IMG/VR virus record: IMGVR_UViG_3300028008_000009
Coordinates: 1-64,000 of that record
Source: a virus
DNA length: 64,000 nt
Strand: one strand, 5' to 3'
Both the position numbers and the translations under genes were made by a program. Below the pieces are notes generated by a model. That model was not told where the DNA came from. It saw only the letters and a program-made list of their open reading frames with translations, and made no database searches. Positions 58,098 through 64,000 of this stretch are shown here, piece by piece. The number at the start of each line of letters is the position of its first letter. The first letter of the stretch is position 1.

Positions 58098-59865
58098 CGA
58101 CTACGTCGAGTTCGACATTAAATGTAGTGAAGCCATTTTCTTTAGTAACTTGTAATACATTATCAACTCTGCCTACTAGTTCATCTCTATGACTAATAAG
58201 CAAAATGTTTTTATGTCGTTCTCGTTCCATTTTCTTTAATACACCTAATGCACTTTCAACACCAATTGTATCCATTCCGCTGTCAACTAATTCGTCAATA
58301 CAAATTAAGTTAATAGGATGATTCATACTTTCGAATACATCACGGAAGCTCCAACTGAGTCCAAGTATAAGTCTATTACGCTCACCACGTGATAAGTTGT
58401 CAAAATCCAAATCTTGTCCTAACTGTGTAATAGTTACAGTTAAATCGCTTTGGAATTGTACTTCATGTGGTAAACCTAATCTTGTGATATAATACTCTAG
58501 TCGAGTATTTAAGAATTGTAAGTTTTGTTCAATAATTTTCTTACGTACAAAACTATCCTTGTTTGTAAGTAGCTTCAGCAAAAAGTCCTGATGCTCTTTC
58601 AATTCTGTAATTCTATTTACCTCATCCCAATTAACTTCCTGCAAACCAGTATCTTTTAATGCGGTTATTTGTTCGTTGTAGGGATTTACCTCTTGTTTGA
58701 TACGTACTAGGTCAGTTTCAGCAGTGCTGAGTTTACCTTGATGTTCGTATGCTTCTTTGATACTATTATAATGCATTGTGGGTGCTTTGTCAAGTGGTCC
58801 TAGTTCATTTAATGCAGTATTATATTCATCTATCTTAGCATTATAATCATCTATATGCTCCTGACTTTCTGTAACTGCTTCTGTTTTTTGTGTTACAAGT
58901 TCTTCATGTTTTTCATCATGTATTTCTTGTCCACACGCATAACATTTGTGTTCTAGTGTATTATTAAGGTCCTTTTGTGCTTTGTCTAAGCGTTTTTGCT
59001 CTCTATCTTTAGTGCTGGTTAGTCTTGCTATTTCGGCAGTTAAAGTATCTATTTGTTGCTTCTTACTAGTGAATTCTTCGTAGTCTGCGTGTGCTTTTAG
59101 TTCAACATCAACATCAATATGTTGCAAGTTTAACAGGTCTGTTTCCAGTTCTTGTATGTCTTTATCACGCTTTGACTCCCATACTGTTTGCCTACGTTCC
59201 AAGTCTGATATACTTTTACCAATACGTTCGTTTGCTTCTTCTGTGCCGCGAATACGATATGTCTCTTCTGTTATTTTGTCTTTGCTTAATTTAGTAAGTT
59301 CTTTAAGTATCTCAGCCTTTTCACTAAGTTTAGTAATACCCAATAGCTGTTCAATCATATCACGTTGATCGTTAGCTCGCATACTCAAGAAAGGTTCAGT
59401 GTATGTGTTTAGTGCAACAATGTGTTTAAACATTGTATGACTCATGCCAACCACACGTTCAATTACACGTTGACTTTCACGGCCTTCGCCCTGCATCTCA
59501 TCAGTAATCTCTCCGTCACCGCCAGCTCCATTAACAAGGAACTTAAAAATATTAGGCTTGCGTCCACGTTCAATTCGATAATCAATTCCATTCATTTCAA
59601 AGTCAACAGTAACCAACATACCTTTGTTGTTTGTTTTGTTAACTAGATTATCTTTTTTAATGTTGTATAATGCATTGCCGTATAGACCAAAACTTAATGC
59701 GTTTATGATAGTAGTTTTACCTGTACCATTACGTGAACCATCTCCACCTAAGTCCATGTTGTTACCTAACACAAGTGTTAGTCCTGAATTATCAAAGTGG
59801 ACAGCCTGTGTGACATTGCCCACACTCATAAAATTACGTACGGTGATATTTTTAATTCTTAGCAT
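58090..59865 (-). CDS. Recombination endonuclease ATPase subunit (gp46 / Rad50-SbcC-like)
   Basis: NGTGKTT Walker A, CYAC zinc hook, LSRGE signature, ICIDE Walker B, ISH. Confidence 0.95.
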   Translation of the reverse strand: MLRIKNITVRNFMSVGNVTQAVHFDNSGLTLVLGNNMDLGGDGSRNGTGKTTIINALSFGLYGNALYNIKKDNLVNKTNNKGMLVTVDFEMNGIDYRIERGRKPNIFKFLVNGAGGDGEITDEMQGEGRESQRVIERVVGMSHTMFKHIVALNTYTEPFLSMRANDQRDMIEQLLGITKLSEKAEILKELTKLSKDKITEETYRIRGTEEANERIGKSISDLERRQTVWESKRDKDIQELETDLLNLQHIDVDVELKAHADYEEFTSKKQQIDTLTAEIARLTSTKDREQKRLDKAQKDLNNTLEHKCYACGQEIHDEKHEELVTQKTEAVTESQEHIDDYNAKIDEYNTALNELGPLDKAPTMHYNSIKEAYEHQGKLSTAETDLVRIKQEVNPYNEQITALKDTGLQEVNWDEVNRITELKEHQDFLLKLLTNKDSFVRKKIIEQNLQFLNTRLEYYITRLGLPHEVQFQSDLTVTITQLGQDLDFDNLSRGERNRLILGLSWSFRDVFESMNHPINLICIDELVDSGMDTIGVESALGVLKKMERERHKNILLISHRDELVGRVDNVLQVTKENGFTTFNVELDVVDA

Positions 59866-59867
59866 GT

Positions 59868-60890
59868 TTAACTAGTTAATCCTGTATATATGTCAATAAG
59901 CATTTGTTTTTTGATTGTATCGCTTTGTACTGAATCAAGTTGTGATAGTACAATTGTATCTACGTTTTCTACTTCAATGTCAACACCTTGTTGCCAATCG
60001 TTAGTGTGTTCTTCTTTTTTGCTTGGTATCAAACTAATCTCTCGCAAGTCATATTGTTTAGCAAATGTTTCTTTAATAAAGTTTGCTTCTTCATATGTAA
60101 TGCTTACATCAAGTGTAATGCGACAATATGTTTTGTCTGCTAGATATTTTTCTGGGTTATCAATAAGTTTGCTTAATGGTAGTGTGCGATACTTTGGTGC
60201 ATCCGGCCAAGCTGAATATTCAATAGTACCATCCCAATCAAGGAACATGCAACCTCTGTCATCATCCCATGCATCACTAAAGTTGTGAGGGAAGCAGTTG
60301 CCTGGATAAATTACATTACCACGCTCTTGTCGTTTGTGGAAGTGTCCACTAAAAACTTTTTCAGGACCGCTTAGGTCTTCTGCTTTAAGTCCACCGTGGT
60401 CTGGCATTTGTACAAGTGCGTTCATGTAAAAGCTAGGAAGTTCAAAGTGACCAAACATAAATTTACATTTTACATTTTTAACTTTCTTCCATTCATCTTC
60501 TACTAGCCAAGGAATAAATGCACAATCACCTTCTTCGTAAATTTCTTCGTTTACAATTTTAATGTTAGGGTATTCATCTGCCATTGGGATACTGTGAATC
60601 TCACGCTTCTCTCTATAATAGAGATCGTGATTGCCCATAATCATAATAACTTGTTCAAAGCTATCATTGAGTCTACGTAAATTACTTACTGTATAATTAA
60701 GTGTACTAACATTAATCGTTGCACGATGGTGATGCCAGTCTCCCATAAAGATACATTTAGTAATGCCACGTTTCTTTGCTTCACTAATCATCCAAATAAT
60801 AAAGTCTTCACAGTCTTGATTGTGTAGACGTGAATTATTCTTATTACCTAAATGGATGTCAGTAAAAATTACTGCTTTATCAAATAACAT
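59868..60890 (-). CDS. Recombination endonuclease nuclease subunit (gp47 / Mre11-SbcD-like)
   Basis: DIHLG, GDWHH, GNHD, GHFH metallophosphoesterase motifs. Confidence 0.95.
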   Translation of the reverse strand: MLFDKAVIFTDIHLGNKNNSRLHNQDCEDFIIWMISEAKKRGITKCIFMGDWHHHRATINVSTLNYTVSNLRRLNDSFEQVIMIMGNHDLYYREKREIHSIPMADEYPNIKIVNEEIYEEGDCAFIPWLVEDEWKKVKNVKCKFMFGHFELPSFYMNALVQMPDHGGLKAEDLSGPEKVFSGHFHKRQERGNVIYPGNCFPHNFSDAWDDDRGCMFLDWDGTIEYSAWPDAPKYRTLPLSKLIDNPEKYLADKTYCRITLDVSITYEEANFIKETFAKQYDLREISLIPSKKEEHTNDWQQGVDIEVENVDTIVLSQLDSVQSDTIKKQMLIDIYTGLTS

Positions 60891-60898
60891 TCATTCTC

Positions 60899-61816
60899 CT
60901 AGCTAAACGTTTTTCTGACTAATGAATCAAACCAGTCACGTCTTATTTTATACTCATATTTGTATCTGTCAAGAGTTTCATCAAGTTTATTGCATCTTTC
61001 AACTTTTAGAAATTCTAATATCTTATTAGCACTATTAAACCAATTTGGATCACATACATATAATGATCCTGGATTAGACCACAACGTCTGGTCTAACCTT
61101 GTTGGTTGCTTGTTATCAAGTAATCTTTCAAATAATAATCTTTTTAAGTTGTCAGCAGGTTCAAGTGTTGGTTTAATATCTTCACCGTTGATTAAACTAT
61201 TAACATCCCAATGCATATAATTTAATTGCCACATGTACAACAGATTACCTTTGTCAAATTCGTCATGCATCTTTTGATGGTATGTATCATACCATACTTT
61301 TTTCCAATTATCTGTTACCTTGTCATTTACTAATTTATGATCAGTCCACCATATTTCACTATGTTTATCAATAAATTCTTTTGTTAATACTCTGAATGCA
61401 TGACTAACCATATAATGAAAAGCATCTTCGTACGTGTCTTGATTACATATAATAAGTTTATCACATTCTATTTTTTGATCAGGATATAATAAATCTCCAA
61501 AGTAGTTACTCCATACTAACATATCATAATCTTTTTCTAGTGGACGCATAGGAGCAATAATGTCACCACGTATATTTTCCATAAGCCTATGACATTCAGT
61601 ATGCTCTTTGTGTCTAACTGCATCTAAAACTAAAGCACTATCATTATTAGCCTTACCACTCCATTGCCTATTCCGGAGGGGAGGTAATGCACGGTAATAA
61701 AGGTCTGGTACAAACTCATATACCTGTGGACCAATATTCTGGGTCATAGAGTTACATAACCACCAAGCTATACTATCTTGTGTACCACCATAAGTACCAT
61801 ACACTACTGTGAGCAT
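60899..61816 (-). CDS. Hypothetical protein
   Basis: 305 aa ORF with SD GGA between gp55 and gp47. Confidence 0.7.
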   Translation of the reverse strand: MLTVVYGTYGGTQDSIAWWLCNSMTQNIGPQVYEFVPDLYYRALPPLRNRQWSGKANNDSALVLDAVRHKEHTECHRLMENIRGDIIAPMRPLEKDYDMLVWSNYFGDLLYPDQKIECDKLIICNQDTYEDAFHYMVSHAFRVLTKEFIDKHSEIWWTDHKLVNDKVTDNWKKVWYDTYHQKMHDEFDKGNLLYMWQLNYMHWDVNSLINGEDIKPTLEPADNLKRLLFERLLDNKQPTRLDQTLWSNPGSLYVCDPNWFNSANKILEFLKVERCNKLDETLDRYKYEYKIRRDWFDSLVRKTFS

Positions 61817-61827
61817 CTAGCGTCCTT

Positions 61828-62712
61828 TTATTTTTTAGATTTTGCGTTCTCGGCGTTCATTACTCTAATCTTCTCAATCTCTTTTTTCTCTTTACCTTCC
61901 CATTCAGCATTGAATGTTCTAGTGTGACTTGGATTGAGACCAGCTTCTTCTAGTAAGTCGTCTCTGATATTTTGACTACGTTTTTCTAAGTTAAGAACTC
62001 TTGTGAAGCTGTTGTTGATAGCGGCCGTATAATATGCAAATGGATTCTGTGATTTAAACTCGTTAAACTGTAATCCAATTTGACTAAGTTGAACTAATGC
62101 TTGTCCACGCATCTCATCTACATATGTGTATCCACGCCAGTTGCCTCGCATACTGTAACGTTCGCATAACTTAATATACATTCCGCCTAGTGTATTTGAT
62201 GTTTTACCATGCGTTACACTAAAGTATCCATTATCAATTCCACCTTCCCAATGACTGCGAGTAACTTCTGTTAGCTTGTCGTCAATATAAGCATAATGCT
62301 TAAACGGAGGGAAGTTACATTTTGAATGTAAGTCTGCTTCTGTTTTGGGTTTGTTCTTGCGGTTCTCTAATGGTATATGATCAAATGTCATTACACGAAT
62401 AACAATGTCAGTGTCTTTGATTGTATCAACTTCTACAAGGAAGTCTGCAACACGTGGCTTTGTTTTCTTACCAGTTAAGCCTTTTTCCCATCTAGCAACT
62501 TCGGCAACGTGTGCATTCTTTTGTAAACGTGTTGCACGTGATTGCCTTGCTTCTTCAACTGCTTCTGGTGTAATGTCATCAAACGATTCAACGATTAAGT
62601 CATATTCTGCATATTGATCATCCTTAACATAACAATAGGACATCTTGGATTTATGTATCTCTTTTAACAACTCTTTGTTTGTTAAGTAAAATTGTCTTGG
62701 TGCTCTTGCCAT
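61828..62712 (-). CDS. Late-transcription sigma factor (gp55-like)
   Basis: YL.NKELL, NWRGYTYVDEM...A, F...KS.NPFAYYT....NSF.R.L..EKR; TTGACT-16-TATAAT upstream at 62735-62762. Confidence 0.85.
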   Translation of the reverse strand: MARAPRQFYLTNKELLKEIHKSKMSYCYVKDDQYAEYDLIVESFDDITPEAVEEARQSRATRLQKNAHVAEVARWEKGLTGKKTKPRVADFLVEVDTIKDTDIVIRVMTFDHIPLENRKNKPKTEADLHSKCNFPPFKHYAYIDDKLTEVTRSHWEGGIDNGYFSVTHGKTSNTLGGMYIKLCERYSMRGNWRGYTYVDEMRGQALVQLSQIGLQFNEFKSQNPFAYYTAAINNSFTRVLNLEKRSQNIRDDLLEEAGLNPSHTRTFNAEWEGKEKKEIEKIRVMNAENAKSKK

Positions 62713-62801
62713 AATTTATTCCTCTGTTTAAACTATTATAACTGAATGCGTGTAAAAGTCAACCGATTTTTATAAGTCATAAATACTTGTGGAGAACAGA
62801 C

Positions 62802-63410
62802 ATGATTATTAATGAAATTATACAAATTAGAGAAGATGTAGGTAGCATTGCAGTGTTTTATGGTGGTCGCTTTCAGCCTATGCACCAAGGACACCGAGAT
62901 GTATATAAACATCTAGTGGGTAAGTTTGGTGCGGATAACGTATTTATCGCTACTACATTTAGTCAAAAAGCTACAAAGGCACACGCTGCAGGCAACTACA
63001 GTGATGATCCATTTACATTTGATGAAAAGAAAAGCATCATGTCTACGATGTTTGGCATACCAGCAGACAAGATTGTAAACAGCAATCCATACAGAAGTGA
63101 ACCATCTACAGTAGGCAGAGACAACAATACAACAGGTATTGTGTTGGTGTTTGGTGCCAAAGATGCAGGACGCTTGGGTGGATCAGCAAATGTACAAAAA
63201 TTGCCAGATGATATCTCACAAATAAAACCACAAAGCGAAATGATATATTTTTACGAAGCACCTCTTATGCAAGGCGGTATGAGTGCAAGTGACTTCCGAG
63301 CAACAATGGCAAGTAATGTATCAACTGAAGAAAAACAAAAAATGTTTACTAAGTTCTTTGGAAAGTTTGATGAAAAGATATTTAGATTCATTGAGGAGAG
63401 ACTGACATGA
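62802..63410 (+). CDS. HxGH nucleotidyltransferase (cytidyltransferase-like)
   Basis: YGGRFQPMHQGH, PF.F.EK, G.KD..R, SAS..R; late box at 62779-62785; ATG at 62802. Confidence 0.75.
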   Translation: MIINEIIQIREDVGSIAVFYGGRFQPMHQGHRDVYKHLVGKFGADNVFIATTFSQKATKAHAAGNYSDDPFTFDEKKSIMSTMFGIPADKIVNSNPYRSEPSTVGRDNNTTGIVLVFGAKDAGRLGGSANVQKLPDDISQIKPQSEMIYFYEAPLMQGGMSASDFRATMASNVSTEEKQKMFTKFFGKFDEKIFRFIEERLT

Positions 63411-64000
63411 GTATGATAGCAGGTTTTCACAATTCATCGTTGTTTGATCAAGCAGGAATACGAGGGAACAGAGTATCATTAAAAGCACAAAAAGAAAATC
63501 CGTTTCCGTTAACAGGAGTGTTAGCTCCCTTGCGAGATCCAATGCTTGCTGACTTTATGGGTGGAGTTACATTTCCACTTACTCCGACAATACAAATGGG
63601 ACACCAAGCTTCTTATGGAACATACGATGCTACACACACTGCATATCAACCAAATTATTATATTAATACACCAAGTCCAACTATAAGTATTACAGCAAAC
63701 TTTGTTTCAAATGATTTAACCGAAGCAGCATACACAGCCGCCTCTATACAATTTTTTAAATCATGTACCAAGCCAGACTTTGGAGAAGCAGCAAAACAAA
63801 GAGGAACAGCAGGCACACCTCCTCCTATACTAGTGCTTGCAGCATATGGTAAAAATACTATGCATGCACAAAACGTTCCAGTTGTTATTAGAAGCTTCAA
63901 CTACACAATGCAAGAAGATGTAAACTATGTCGAAGGCGACTTTGGTGTACTACCAACTATGCTAGTAATGTCGTTAGAACTATCAGTACAACTATCACCA
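63407..64000 (+). CDS. Baseplate/tail-tube cap-like protein (partial, runs off window end)
   Basis: Not in ORF track. ATGA overlap; open to the end: MSMIAGFHN...FPLTPTI...PSPTISITANF...GTPPPIL...YG...NVPVVIRSFNYT... Confidence 0.6.
   Translation, partial: MSMIAGFHNSSLFDQAGIRGNRVSLKAQKENPFPLTGVLAPLRDPMLADFMGGVTFPLTPTIQMGHQASYGTYDATHTAYQPNYYINTPSPTISITANFVSNDLTEAAYTAASIQFFKSCTKPDFGEAAKQRGTAGTPPPILVLAAYGKNTMHAQNVPVVIRSFNYTMQEDVNYVEGDFGVLPTMLVMSLELSVQLSP

Overview
This 64 kb, AT-rich window comes from a large T4-like myovirus (probably a jumbo phage) and uses the standard genetic code. It holds most of the virion morphogenesis module: portal, prohead protease, scaffold, major capsid, both terminase subunits, neck and tail-completion proteins, sheath, tube, two tape-measure-like genes, a gp26-like hub/chaperone, and a ~17 kb cluster of tail-fibre-like genes. 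It also holds the recombination and late-transcription genes (UvsY-like, RecA/UvsX, gp32, gp46/gp47, a Holliday-junction resolvase, gp55 late sigma factor). Accessory genes are interspersed: an SbmA/BacA-like transporter, an outer-membrane porin, two glycosyltransferases, a methyltransferase, a nitroreductase, a NUDIX hydrolase, a dNMP kinase and an HxGH nucleotidyltransferase. Two promoter classes can be read directly: T4-late-like (N)ATAAATA boxes in front of structural genes, and sigma70 TTGACA-17-TATAAT promoters in front of early/accessory genes. Two signals are not explained by the ORF track. (1) A ~330 nt ORF-free, highly structured minus-strand element directly downstream of the resolvase gene is a candidate novel ncRNA or replication origin. 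(2) A slippery site plus hairpin predicts a programmed -1 frameshift that extends the gp26-like protein next to the tape-measure genes. All product calls come from motif recognition and synteny; no database searches were run.
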